Assembly (NCBI GenBank): GCA_963798135.1
Contig: CAWCSI010000007.1
Coordinates: forward strand, 27,290 to 91,289
Source of the DNA: Candidatus Bathyarchaeota archaeon
GTDB lineage: Archaea; Thermoproteota; Bathyarchaeia; Bathyarchaeales; Bathycorpusculaceae
DNA: 64,000 nucleotides
Direction: 5' to 3'
Each line of letters opens with the position of its first letter. Positions within the stretch are counted from its first letter, which is position 1. The translations under genes and the position numbers were made by a program. This document shows, in pieces, positions 30,572-40,518 of the stretch. Under the pieces are notes generated by a model. It was given only the letters and a program-made list of their open reading frames with translations, did no database searches and was not told the origin of the DNA.

Positions 30572-31832
30572 CTAAATTTCGTATGTTTCCCCAGTTCTTG
30601 GCGCTACAGCATCCAAGCCAAGCTCAGTTTTAGCCCAGTTCGCAAACAATTCACAATTACCTTCAGCACCATGAACACAGAAAACTTTGGGTTTCCCTCC
30701 CAAACGACGTAATCCCTCCTTTAGCTGGCTTGCTCCACAATGAGAAGAGAAATCAAAGTGCTTATACTGCTGCCTTAACTTTACGTACTTTCCCATCAAT
30801 CAAAGTTACACCCTTATCCAATCAATTGTTTCCCTGGGGTTCCTGGAATCTGATAACTGACAAGGAAAATTGCGTTAGTTGCTTTTTTGGCTATTTTGGA
30901 AACATAAAACTGAGAAGGTCCACCTTTTAACATGCCTGCAGGCGAAATAACCACGCCTGGCTCCTTAGCTGCTCTTCGTCGATCTCGCCATCCATCAACC
31001 CAATCCAGCGAGTGCATAGCATTCATAAAAAGTTTAGGATCTCTAAGAAATTCTTTGTAATTCATCATTATTCGGCTTGCTTCACGAGCCATCCCATCCA
31101 AAACTATTGGGTACTCAAAATGATTTGCTGATAAAACGCAAGCAATCTCCTGAGCGCGTCCAACACCGAACGCAGGAACCAACACAGTTCCGCCTCGCTC
31201 AACAACTTCGGTTGCTGCTTCAACAAAACTTTTCTCAAGTTCAGGACGCAAAGTATGATCTTCACTTGCATAAGTGCTCTCAGTTATAACAGCATCAAAA
31301 TCGCCATAATCCATTGTTGCGCCCTTCAACATTTTGCTATCTTCCATGTTGTAGTCGCCGGTGAAGAGAATCTTTTTGCCATCCGCTTCAACTTGCACCT
31401 GAGCACTTCCAGGTGTATGACCTGCATCGAAACAGTTTAACTTTCATGTCGCCGACGGTTTCTTCTACGCCAAAATCTATGTGCTTGCTGTTATGCATCA
31501 TAGTGTTAAGTTCAAGATACTCAAAGGGCAAATAGTAACTTGATAAATGAATAAAATCTTGAATTAGAACCTGAGTTAATTCCAAATTAAGTTTGTTTGT
31601 GATTAATGGTTTTCTTATCGTTGATGTAAAAGATTGGTATGGCGCCTGAATGATCAAGGTGACTGTGAGTTAAAATCACTGCGTCTAACTCTTTGGGTGG
31701 AACATGCATTGGAAAACCTGGTTCACGATCAAGCATGACACCGTAATCTAACACAACCTTGCTTTTCTGTGACTTAACAGTTATACCAATTCTGCCAACT
31801 TCTCTGGCTCCACCTAAAAATCCGACCTGCAA
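30572..31832 (-). CDS. MBL-fold beta-CASP ribonuclease (aCPSF2-like), split by several frameshifts
   Basis: GGAREVGR, THSHLDHSG, TGD, ESTY, GRAQE, GML.GG, FSSHCG, VHG. Confidence 0.88.
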
Positions 31833-31885
31833 TCAGACCAATCCTTGTAGTTAACAGTTAACGATTAAAAATTAACTAAGCTGTT

Positions 31886-32543
31886 TTAAAAATGTATTGA
31901 CCCTCTTGAGGCTTGAGCAGATACAGAACCCTTCTTAATCGCCTTCAAAACAGAATCAACATTCAATGAAGCATCAATTCTTCGTACACATTGTAAACAA
32001 CTCTGATACTTGATGTGCGTCGCTTCCGCCTGTACCTGGCAAACCCATACTTTTAGCAAGCTCCTTAGCCTCATTATTTGCCGCTGCAGAAGATCCTCCA
32101 TTTAACACCTCAATCGCGTCAACTTTGTAGTTTCTCGCAAAATCACCCATCCCATACTCACGGAAAGGATGCGCCACAATAGAAACAGCACCTATGCTTT
32201 TTGCGTAATCAACCACAACTTCAGGAGTCCAAGGTTTAGGAGGCAACTCTTCAGTTCCCAAAACCAACATATCACCTTTCGGCGTGCTAATTTCTACGCC
32301 TGGAATAATCAAAATGTCAGGGTAAGCTGAAGCCAACTCAACTGTGGCTTTGCACCCGCGAACGCTGTCATGATCTGTAACGGCAGCAACTTTGATGAAA
32401 CTGTGTGTAGCAAGCATGTCAACGAGTGTTTTGGGTTGAATAAGGGAGTCAGCGGAGTAAATTGTGTGAATATGAAAGTCGCCAAATATGGGAAGAATAG
32501 TTTCTGTTTCATTGGTGTTGGGAGGTTGCTTTGCTGTGACCAT
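31886..32543 (-). CDS. PHP-domain protein, frameshifted near the C-terminus
   Basis: DFHIHT, VTDHD, PGVEIST, AHPF, GGSDAH. Confidence 0.88.
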
Positions 32544-32663
32544 ATGAAGGGTTTAGGCTGTCGGTAGTAAAAAAGTTTCGTGAGCCCGCATCAAGTTATT
32601 GCTGAATGAGAGGTAAATTAGTTGAACGATGCGTCTTACTTAAAACAGCCGAAGTCAACATTA

Positions 32664-34295
32664 CTAAACTTCACACTCTATCTGTTTTCGCAAAATAGCC
32701 TCTAAATCAGTCAAAATCTCTTTTGTACCTTTAACATTTGTATCAACACAATCAAACGATACACCCTTCGCTTTACACGTTGACTTGCAAGCTTTTTCAA
32801 CGGTATCCTGCCAAAGTTTAGCATCATTAAGCAAAACAACGCCTTCATAGGCGGTGCGTTTGATGTACTCTCGGGTCTGGTTTGCAACATAATCCACCGT
32901 TTCTAAGTCAAGGGGCACAGCCGTTTCATGCTGGCTAAGCGGGTAAACCTCATCAAGCTCTAATGGAACAACGCCGAATGGCGCACAGTAAACGCAGATA
33001 TGAATTTTTGATGCTATCTCTTCGCCCAAGCCTCGAAGAAGTTGACGGATTTTCTTAAATTCAGGGGCTTTATGGAACGGTTTATTTCGAGTTTGGGGAA
33101 CAAGAAAGAGAACCTTCGCGTTGGCCGGAGGGTCATATCGTTGGGTTAATCGGTTGCGATAATGAGTGATTTCGGGCCTTGCAAGTCCAACCGAATCAAA
33201 ATAGAAGAAACCGCTGCATTTTACTGATGGACTGAACTTTTCCAGGAAATCCTCGTGGTTGCGAAGTTTTTTGAGAGCGGACAGAAGTGCTGGATGATTA
33301 TGAACCCGCATTTCCGTGTGTTCCCATAATCTGCCATCTCGAATAGCTTGCTTAATTCGTCGCATCTCTGCAACACAAACGTAAAGATTATGCTCAGCCA
33401 AGAAAACCTCTTGTTCTCTCTTGGGTTTCAGTTCAAGCGTTCTTGGCGTTTCCGAAGCACATCTGGGACAGGAACACGGGAAATAATCAAGCTCATTTAG
33501 CCGCCATGTCCCATTTTCAGTCATATAACGGTTTTCTCGAGCATATAACACGTAGGCAGCTGAATCGAAAAGGTCGCAGCCCAATGCAACCGCCAAAGAG
33601 AACATCGCAGGGTGCCCAGCGCCGAATAGATGCAGGGGACGTTCGATGGGTAACCCTTTTTTAGCGGTTAATATCATTTCGGCTAAAACGTCATAACGAT
33701 AGTTTTCCATAACTTCAGTTGGGCTTCCCAAAGCATGAATTTGGAATGGCAACTTTCCCATTTCTATTGCTGAGCTAGCGACAAGGTCTAGATGTCTTCC
33801 GCCTTGTACTGGTCCAACCCACAAAATGTCGTCACGAGTTTTTAAATTGAAAAAATCTTTAGCTCTGCGTAAAGTTTCAGCAACGGTTTCTTGAGCTTGT
33901 TCTTTAGTTACTTTCCATCCTGTAGGAATATCAAGCATGGTTGCGACGTCGCTGCCTATGCCTTCCTGGTAAGCAACGATTTCTTTTTGGCTGACGTCAA
34001 CTTCGCCGTAAACAAGAATTTGGTAGGCTCCTGAATCAGTCATTATCGCCCCGTCAAAATCCAGAAGTTTATGCAAGCCCTCTTTGAACACTTTGTCGCC
34101 AAACCGTTTTTTGAGTATGTACGCGTTTGTTATTACTGCTTCAAAACCAAAAGTTTCTTGGAGTTTTCTTGGCGTAACAAGTTGGATGCTTGGATTAATT
34201 ACTGGGTAAAGAAGTGGGGTTTCCACTGTTCCGTTTTTAGTTTTTAGTTTTCCTATTCTTCCAAGCAAGTCTTTTTCTTTAATTTCAAAGCTCAA
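32664..34295 (-). CDS. tgtA: Archaeosine tRNA-guanine(15) transglycosylase
   Basis: ETP..PVINP, MTDSGAYQ, LDIPT, HLFGAGHP, DLFDSAAY, CSCPRC. Confidence 0.95.
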   Translation of the reverse strand: MSFEIKEKDLLGRIGKLKTKNGTVETPLLYPVINPSIQLVTPRKLQETFGFEAVITNAYILKKRFGDKVFKEGLHKLLDFDGAIMTDSGAYQILVYGEVDVSQKEIVAYQEGIGSDVATMLDIPTGWKVTKEQAQETVAETLRRAKDFFNLKTRDDILWVGPVQGGRHLDLVASSAIEMGKLPFQIHALGSPTEVMENYRYDVLAEMILTAKKGLPIERPLHLFGAGHPAMFSLAVALGCDLFDSAAYVLYARENRYMTENGTWRLNELDYFPCSCPRCASETPRTLELKPKREQEVFLAEHNLYVCVAEMRRIKQAIRDGRLWEHTEMRVHNHPALLSALKKLRNHEDFLEKFSPSVKCSGFFYFDSVGLARPEITHYRNRLTQRYDPPANAKVLFLVPQTRNKPFHKAPEFKKIRQLLRGLGEEIASKIHICVYCAPFGVVPLELDEVYPLSQHETAVPLDLETVDYVANQTREYIKRTAYEGVVLLNDAKLWQDTVEKACKSTCKAKGVSFDCVDTNVKGTKEILTDLEAILRKQIECEV

Positions 34296-34530
34296 ATCTG
34301 AAGCCTAAACATGATGGGCTGCTCGGTTATAAAAAACATTAGCTTCAAAAAACTGGAAGATAGGCGATAGATCGAACTTTCTGCAAACACTGTTTTTGAT
34401 TGTAGCCTAGTCGTAAATCTAATTTATCCGAAACCTCAAACTCCTAAATCATTTCCTTTTAAGGAAAGATTCGCTACTTCCAAATTAGGCACACTTATAT
34501 CAACCATGATTTGTCTAATACCAAAGAGAG

Positions 34531-35292
34531 ATGCTTACCGTGGTTTGCTCAATAGACATAATTGAAAAACCAAAATTAAACAATCCAATCCTTATCGAAG
34601 GCTTACCTGGCATAGGCTTTGTAGCCAACATCACAACATTACACATGATAAAAGAGCTGAAAGCCAAAAAATTTATACAAATATTCTCTTCCTCATTCCA
34701 AGATTTTGCAGTAACCACTGGCGATGGTCGAGCACTCACGCCCATAAATGAACTCTACTACGTTAAACGAGAGAAAGGTCAACGTGACTTGATTATTTGG
34801 TTTGGCAATACTCAGGCACTTACAACTGTTGGACAATATGAGTTGGTTGGTAAAATTCTCGATTTAGCGCAACAATTTGGCTGCCACTTCGTTATCTCCA
34901 TTGGAGGCTTCAAAAAAGAAGAGACTCAACCCGTACCCGAAATTTATAGCACGGCAACGGATTTAGAAACAATGCAGGTTGCCCTGGATTTGGGAACCAA
35001 GGTGATGGTGGGGCACGTTTTTGGAATTGCTGGTTTATCAATTGGTTTAGCAGGGATCAGAGATATGAAAGGTTTCTCACTGCTAGTAGATACGCCTGGT
35101 ATGAATCCAGACGTAAACGCTGCAAGATCCGCGTTGAACATGCTTGGAAAATACCTGAACCTAAATTTAGACCAGACCACGCTTGAAGAAACAGGCGTTG
35201 AAATCAAAAGAACTTTAGAATCATTTGGCATTATCCGAAGCATAACAGAAGAAAAGAAGAAAGAAGAGCAACAACTGCGCTGGTTTATTTAG
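34531..35292 (+). CDS. PAC2-family proteasome assembly chaperone
   Basis: LIEGLPGIGFVA, ISIGG, C-terminal HbYX-like WFI. Confidence 0.88.
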   Translation: MLTVVCSIDIIEKPKLNNPILIEGLPGIGFVANITTLHMIKELKAKKFIQIFSSSFQDFAVTTGDGRALTPINELYYVKREKGQRDLIIWFGNTQALTTVGQYELVGKILDLAQQFGCHFVISIGGFKKEETQPVPEIYSTATDLETMQVALDLGTKVMVGHVFGIAGLSIGLAGIRDMKGFSLLVDTPGMNPDVNAARSALNMLGKYLNLNLDQTTLEETGVEIKRTLESFGIIRSITEEKKKEEQQLRWFI

Positions 35293-35711
35293 ACTTTAGT
35301 TTCGCTCATGAATGCTTCGTAAACTCTTTGCACTCTGTCAGCGGCTGGACCTGAACCTTCAATTACGCCTTTTTCGGTTAGTTTCACTTTGTCCATTACC
35401 CAGATAAATCCCTGGTCATCATAAAGTTTAACCATCGTTGGAAAAACTTTTTCAAGTCTTGAGGCCAAGGATTTTAAGTCAAAGGGTTTTTCTGCGCTTG
35501 ATATTTGAGCGACAACATTTCCGTTTATGAATATTTTATGAACTACCTTGCCCGATTCGTCTTTGGCATCACTTATGCTAAGACTCATATTGTCAGGGTT
35601 AATACCGACTAATGTGCCGGTGAATGTTTTACCATTAGTAGTCACAACAGAAACGGTTTTATCTGCCAACGCTGCGATTTCTGTTTGATATTTTCTTTGC
35701 GCTACAGACAA
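35289..35711 (-). CDS. Lsm family RNA-binding protein with C-terminal extension (SmAP3-like)
   Basis: Sm fold GKTFTGTL.G.N...ING plus FDL..LA..LEKVFP domain. Confidence 0.88.
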   Translation of the reverse strand: MSVAQRKYQTEIAALADKTVSVVTTNGKTFTGTLVGINPDNMSLSISDAKDESGKVVHKIFINGNVVAQISSAEKPFDLKSLASRLEKVFPTMVKLYDDQGFIWVMDKVKLTEKGVIEGSGPAADRVQRVYEAFMSETKV

Positions 35712-36329
35712 CTTTTATTTCTCCAATAACGTAACGAAATTGCACTACCACTATTTATCTTTAATACCCTTGCCCGATACCACTAATAAATTACAAGGGC
35801 TTGCTTGTTCAAGCCACTTTGATTGCAAAAGTCTTTTAGTGCCGGGAGGTGTGCTTTTTTGAGTAAGATGACTGACAGCATAGACTCTTGGCTATTGAGC
35901 TTTGAATCTGGAAGAACATGGTAATGCGTACCACGATATGATGACTGCAAAATAGGGTACAAGAAAAAGAGAAGAGAAGGAAAATAATTTTAAACGAAAT
36001 TTACAAATTTTTTCAATTTGTAGACTTTTTAATTGTACATTGCTTCTATTTGCTGTAGTCTTTTGTAGTCCTCTTCAAGAGTTTCTTCGGTAACTGGGTT
36101 AACATTATTTAGCGTCATTATTTTACTCTGTATAATCTAATTGCTTGCAGTTTTAAGCATTTTCTGATGGCTTTCAGTGAACCCTCTTCTATTGCGCAGT
36201 GTCGTTTCTGCGGCTTGCCTCTTAAAGCTCTGTTACCTCTGCGATTGATAAAGTTAAATTTTCTCAACAGGTTACCTTTCGGTTGATAGAGTACAAATCT
36301 TTTAAGTTGTTAGGTATTATTTAGATTTA

Positions 36330-37087
36330 ATGAAAGTCATGGTAAAATCTGAAGAGAAATGGATTTTTCCCAAAGAATGGCTGGAAATGCTGAAAAAAGA
36401 GTTTCATTATCAATTGCCGAATAGAAAGATTTGGTTAATTATTGATAACAAACCCAAGATGATTATGTTATTAAGATTAATGGGGCAACAGGTAAAGTTA
36501 CCGTTCACGTAAGTGTCTTCACCAAATCAGAAATAATCAAAATTTTTAAAAAAGACTATTTAAAATCAGTTGTTGCGCATGAGATTAAGCATTTACAGCC
36601 AAACGTTAATTTTTTGGTTGAAAGAATTATTCCTTCTAAATCGGTTTTAGGTGATATGAGCGCAGAGGATTACAATGCATTGTCTGAGAAATTCAGTTCA
36701 AAGTTTTAGGACTTTTTAATTGATATTTATGCTAATTCCGCTATGACACATGAGGGTCTGAAAAAGTACCTCGGTTTTGAAACAGATAAATTATTGGAGA
36801 TATGGAATTCTGTCAAAGAAGGATCCTTTAGAACACCTTTTATGTTGTTCATAGGCTATGTTGAGGCTTGTTATGTAGCAATGGGCGAGACTCCTTCAAA
36901 AGACTTGCTTTCGATTGCAAATATTATCAACGATGATGAAGAAAACACGGATATTTACACGTTAATAGTTAAAACGTATCTTACAATGTGGAATTCCGTA
37001 ATTTCTGGACAACTTGAAGTTGACTTAGTTAAAGAAACTTGCGCTTTGAATGAGCTTCTCAAACATCAACAAAGACCATTTCTATGA
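36330..37087 (+). pseudogene. Zincin-like (HExxH) protein interrupted by a frameshift (~36455) and an in-frame TAG (36707)
   Basis: The reconstructed frame reads KSVVAHEIKHL and joins ORF 36743-37087 across the TAG. Confidence 0.5.
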
Positions 37088-37195
37088 AAAAAGATTAACT
37101 GTTCCCTTCAAACATCATTTTAACCGATCTCTCCACTCTGTTGGAAACTCTTTTCAACAGTTGCCTTTTAAGTTGAAGATTCTTCACTGCCAACT

Positions 37196-37366
37196 ATGTT
37201 TGACCTAACAAGACCTTGTGATACTTGTGGCAGAATGATTGGTGGAGCAAGCTACTGTTGCCCTAAATGCCAACTTTACATCTGCCACTTATGCGCAATA
37301 AATTTGATGAATGTTACAAACAAATATCCAATAGAATGCCACATGTGCGATAAAGAATTTTCATAA
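37196..37366 (+). CDS. 56-aa C4C4 RING-like zinc-finger microprotein (not in ORF track)
   Basis: MFDLTRPCDTCGRMIGGASYCCPKCQLYICHLCAINLMNVTNKYPIECHMCDKEFS. Confidence 0.75.
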   Translation: MFDLTRPCDTCGRMIGGASYCCPKCQLYICHLCAINLMNVTNKYPIECHMCDKEFS

Positions 37367-37403
37367 AGACAAATCTTAAATCTCATATCGTGGTTTACAG
37401 CCT

Positions 37404-37547
37404 ATGAAAAGTTTGAATAACGTTTTAGATCAAAAGTGTTCTCATTGTGGTAGTATGCGTCTTGAAGAAAATGAAGATTCTGTTAAGTGCCTTGATTGTG
37501 GCGTGGGGTTGTATAAGGAAGGCAAGATTAAGAGATATTCTAAATAA
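37404..37547 (+). CDS. 47-aa TFIIB-type Zn-ribbon microprotein (not in ORF track)
   Basis: KCSHCGS...VKCLDCG. Confidence 0.65.
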   Translation: MKSLNNVLDQKCSHCGSMRLEENEDSVKCLDCGVGLYKEGKIKRYSK

Positions 37548-37575
37548 AATTGCTTAAGTAATGTTATTTCTTTTT

Positions 37576-37677
37576 TTCAAGCCTTTTCTTAATCCTGTTT
37601 TGCTTGAATATTGTGATATTGCTTGAACGTGGCAAAGGGTTATTAGTGTTGTACGTTCTCAAAACCTTTAGGGAACA
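37576..37677 (+). promoter_or_regulatory. Conserved promoter block of paralog A: TTGCTTGA sites, TATA, downstream palindrome
   Basis: Aligns with 39223-39327; TTGCTTGAA at 37600 and 37619; TTATTAG at 37640. Confidence 0.65.
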
Positions 37678-37682
37678 ACCTT

Positions 37683-37901
37683 TTGGATAGGGTAGAGGCG
37701 ATGTGTCTTCTTAAGGAACTAGTTGCACTTGACTTGGTAGAATATTCTTTTGTCCATGTTTTAGAAAGAACTCCTAATCGTTTTCATCTTCAAATAAAGA
37801 GTGATTATTATCGCCCAAAAATAGAATTATATGCAAAACAATATGGCTTTACAATTGAAGAAAATAAAGAACAAAAATACATATCCATCTATAAGCCATA
37901 A
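37683..37901 (+). CDS. Small hypothetical protein, paralog A of the DRxxA..LLKEL...IYKP family
   Basis: Similar to 38316, 38626 and 39328 ORFs. Confidence 0.8.
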   Translation: MDRVEAMCLLKELVALDLVEYSFVHVLERTPNRFHLQIKSDYYRPKIELYAKQYGFTIEENKEQKYISIYKP

Positions 37902-37976
37902 GAAAAATGTCAAATAATTACGGTTCAATCAGTACCCAATAACCTCGTTCAAAAGTAACGATAGGGTAATTTACAA

Positions 37977-38108
37977 TCAATAATCCCTTTTTGAGGTAAA
38001 CGCAATTCCGCATCTATCACACTTGTAGGATTCAAGGCAAAAGATGTGGTTTTCTAACTTTTTTGTTGGTTTAGTTAGCTCTTTGCCACATTTTGGACAG
38101 ACAGCCAT
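37977..38108 (-). CDS. 43-aa Zn-ribbon microprotein, Cren7-like layout (not in ORF track)
   Basis: MAVCPKCGKELTKPTKKLENHIFCLESYKCDRCGIAFTSKRDY. Confidence 0.7.
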   Translation of the reverse strand: MAVCPKCGKELTKPTKKLENHIFCLESYKCDRCGIAFTSKRDY

Positions 38109-38315
38109 GCAGTGTCACGTTTGAGGTATATTACCACTTACACAAGTAACAACCGCTATAAGAAAGAATGTTGGCACACTCAAGCAACAACAAATAGATG
38201 TTTTGGGTATTTTATTATTTCAGCTAAATCCGTTTCAAGCCCGTTTTGTTTGAATATGTCTGTGAACGGAATAAAGTTATTATCTTTGTTAGTTCCCAGG
38301 GGTTTTGGGAAGTTT

Positions 38316-38531
38316 ATGAAACGAGGGGACGCATTAATTTTACTGACAGACTTGACTTTAAAAGAGAAGTTAGTGAAACCCTCGCTTGTTTGTATGGAAC
38401 AGAGAAAACCTGCTAGGTTTCAACTGAAAATTAAAGGGGATTTTGACATCGAACAAGTTGAAATTCTTCTAAAAAATAGAGGTCTCAATTATACACAGCT
38501 TGAGGGTTACCTCATTATTTTCAAGCCCTAA
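38316..38531 (+). CDS. Small hypothetical protein, paralog B
   Basis: MKRGDALILLTDL...PSLV..EQRKP.RFQLKIKGDFD...LIIFKP. Confidence 0.78.
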   Translation: MKRGDALILLTDLTLKEKLVKPSLVCMEQRKPARFQLKIKGDFDIEQVEILLKNRGLNYTQLEGYLIIFKP

Positions 38532-38625
38532 TTACGCTTTCGTTAACTTTGCTGATGTGCGATATAGTGCCTATCGGCAAGTATTATATAATATGAGAAC
38601 CGTAAGAGATTTAGTGAGCGTACAC

Positions 38626-38883
38626 TTGAATCGACAAGAAGCAACAAGCTTACTCAAAGAAGTTTCTGAAGCTTGTGAAATTTTAAGTGTCGATGGCATT
38701 ATGATCATGCCTCCTAACGGAAATAATGTTTTATCTCACGGCTACCAGTTGCATGTTAAGGCTGATTTTGAGGATGAACATTTAGAGTCTGCTAAGCTGA
38801 TTGTACGAAAATACAAACTTTAAATGAACTATGAACCAGAACATCAATTACTTATTATTTATAGACCTAAGTTAAAAAAGTAG
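38626..38883 (+). pseudogene. Small hypothetical protein, paralog C, with an in-frame TAA at 38821
   Basis: LNRQEATSLLKEV...YQLHVKAD...KYKL*MNYEPEHQLLIIYRP; the family C-terminal motif lies after the stop. Confidence 0.65.
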
Positions 38884-39222
38884 TTATTGCTTTTTGCGGG
38901 TTTACAGACCGCCTTATTTTGTTGAGGGCTATGTGTTCAGAATCTGCTTTTGCTCCAAATTAAGATTCTAACTAAAAACTTTTCATCACGTATAGTTTTT
39001 TTGATTAGGTTTGCTGAGGCTCTGGGCCAATGGTGAGGAGAAAAACGAAGTAAAATGCAAATATCTATAACCTTCGTCAATATAACCAAAGCCTCAGCGT
39101 TTGCTCTATTGTCACTCTTTTCTTTATAAAACTTGCTTGATTTGATCCATTTTTAGCTATCCTATATTAATAAAGTTGTTATTTGAAGCAAAATTTCAGA
39201 AAAATATTTTTGTCTATTTTTG

Positions 39223-39327
39223 TCAAACCCTTCCTTAAGTCTTGTTTTGCTTTAACATGGCAATATTGCTTGAACGTAGCAAATCATATTAATGTTGTAA
39301 TCCCCAAAGGATTTGGGGGTAAACATT
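39223..39327 (+). promoter_or_regulatory. Conserved promoter block of paralog D
   Basis: GCAATATTGCTTGA-N13-TATTAAT; CCCCAAA-GGA-TTTGGGG palindrome. Confidence 0.65.
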
Positions 39328-39543
39328 TTGGATAGGAAACAAGCGGTAGCACTTCTCAAGGAATTGAGTGCTGGACATTTAATTCGACCATCTTTGGTGC
39401 TTATCGAACAGAGGAAGCTTGACAGGTATCAGCTATGCGTTAAAGGTGAGTATGACCGCTTGGGGATTGAGTTATTTCTTGAAAAATACAATTTTTCAAT
39501 TGAAGAAGACACAAGAAAAGGTTTATGCATTTTCAAGCCATAG
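39328..39543 (+). CDS. Small hypothetical protein, paralog D
   Basis: LDRKQAVALLKEL...PSLVLIEQRKLDRYQLCVKGEYD...IEE...CIFKP. Confidence 0.8.
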   Translation: MDRKQAVALLKELSAGHLIRPSLVLIEQRKLDRYQLCVKGEYDRLGIELFLEKYNFSIEEDTRKGLCIFKP

Positions 39544-39922
39544 CAACGTTCAAAACTGCTTTCGTATTTCCACTTTTCAAAAGCGAATAATCTGAAGTAT
39601 TAACAAAAATTAGCGTTAAACGGATTTAGCCTCGTGCTAATATCCATAAAGTGTCAAAAAGAGAGAGGGGCGACACTTTAAGGCATTAGCAGCCAGACCC
39701 GCCAAACATGTGGTATGTAACTTTCCCGCTTATCACTCCATGTTTAAAAAGAATATAAAACGATGTTGTCACAAATTGAAATCAGAATTTGTTACAATTT
39801 TTGCTCTTGAATAATTTCAAGGTTGCAAACTAATTTTTGGCTTATAGATCAGAAATTGCTTAACAAACCAATAATGTTGTTAGCGGTTTATTCGTTGAGC
39901 TAAAGATATTAACTGGACAGTC

Positions 39923-40285
39923 TTGTTCAGTTCAAGGTTTACTAACTTGGATGTTATGCTGCTAGTTTTCAAGTATGATACTTACGACCATAATTATTTG
40001 CGCAAAAGCTTTCGTTTCGCAGTAATTAACTCTAATAAATCTAAGAGTTATCCTCAAAATTTTGTTTGCATGCTACCTGCAAATTTAGGAACAGTGAAAA
40101 CAGATAGTGTTTTCGTTCAGGTTTTCAAAGAAAATAGCTTAGAGCAGGCCAAAGCTTTGTTGATTGCTGCATTGAAAAAAGAGACTGACTCTGAAGTAAA
40201 AACCGAGATTAAGAGAAGGCTCATGCTGCTTGAACCTAAAGAGGTTAATCAAGTAAAGATTCAAAGGCGGCAATATTGGTTTTGA
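39923..40285 (+). CDS. Hypothetical protein, probably 3'-truncated by a rearrangement
   Basis: FRFAVI..KSKSYPQNFVCMLP; its end runs into a histidine-kinase remnant. Confidence 0.6.
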   Translation: MFSSRFTNLDVMLLVFKYDTYDHNYLRKSFRFAVINSNKSKSYPQNFVCMLPANLGTVKTDSVFVQVFKENSLEQAKALLIAALKKETDSEVKTEIKRRLMLLEPKEVNQVKIQRRQYWF

Positions 40286-40337
40286 GAGTCAAGTAGGCAG
40301 AGGAACAAAATTCAAAGTAGAAATGCCTCTTTACTGA
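40260..40337 (+). pseudogene. Orphan C-terminal remnant of a histidine kinase HATPase_c domain
   Basis: FKGGNIGFESQVGRGTKFKVEMPLY*, compare LKGSISVESELGKGTKFIIELPA* at 5851. Confidence 0.65.
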
Positions 40338-40518
40338 CATAAACTAAGTACCATTAAGCTGTTTTAAAAAGCGCCAAAACCTGACACCAACAAAGCCTTT
40401 TTGCTTTTTCTCACGAGAATTAAAGGAAAACAGAAACAAGCCGACAGCACGCTCAAAGAGCGAAAGAACATAGCGAAGACTTATTTACTGTTGACTTTTC
40501 AGTTTTTGATGAAAATAT

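Noticed and set aside
39648-39745. AAAGTGTC/GACACTTT hairpin and adjacent GC-richer tract as a riboswitch or C/D sRNA
   Set aside because: No recognisable C/D boxes or riboswitch consensus; it could simply be a terminator.
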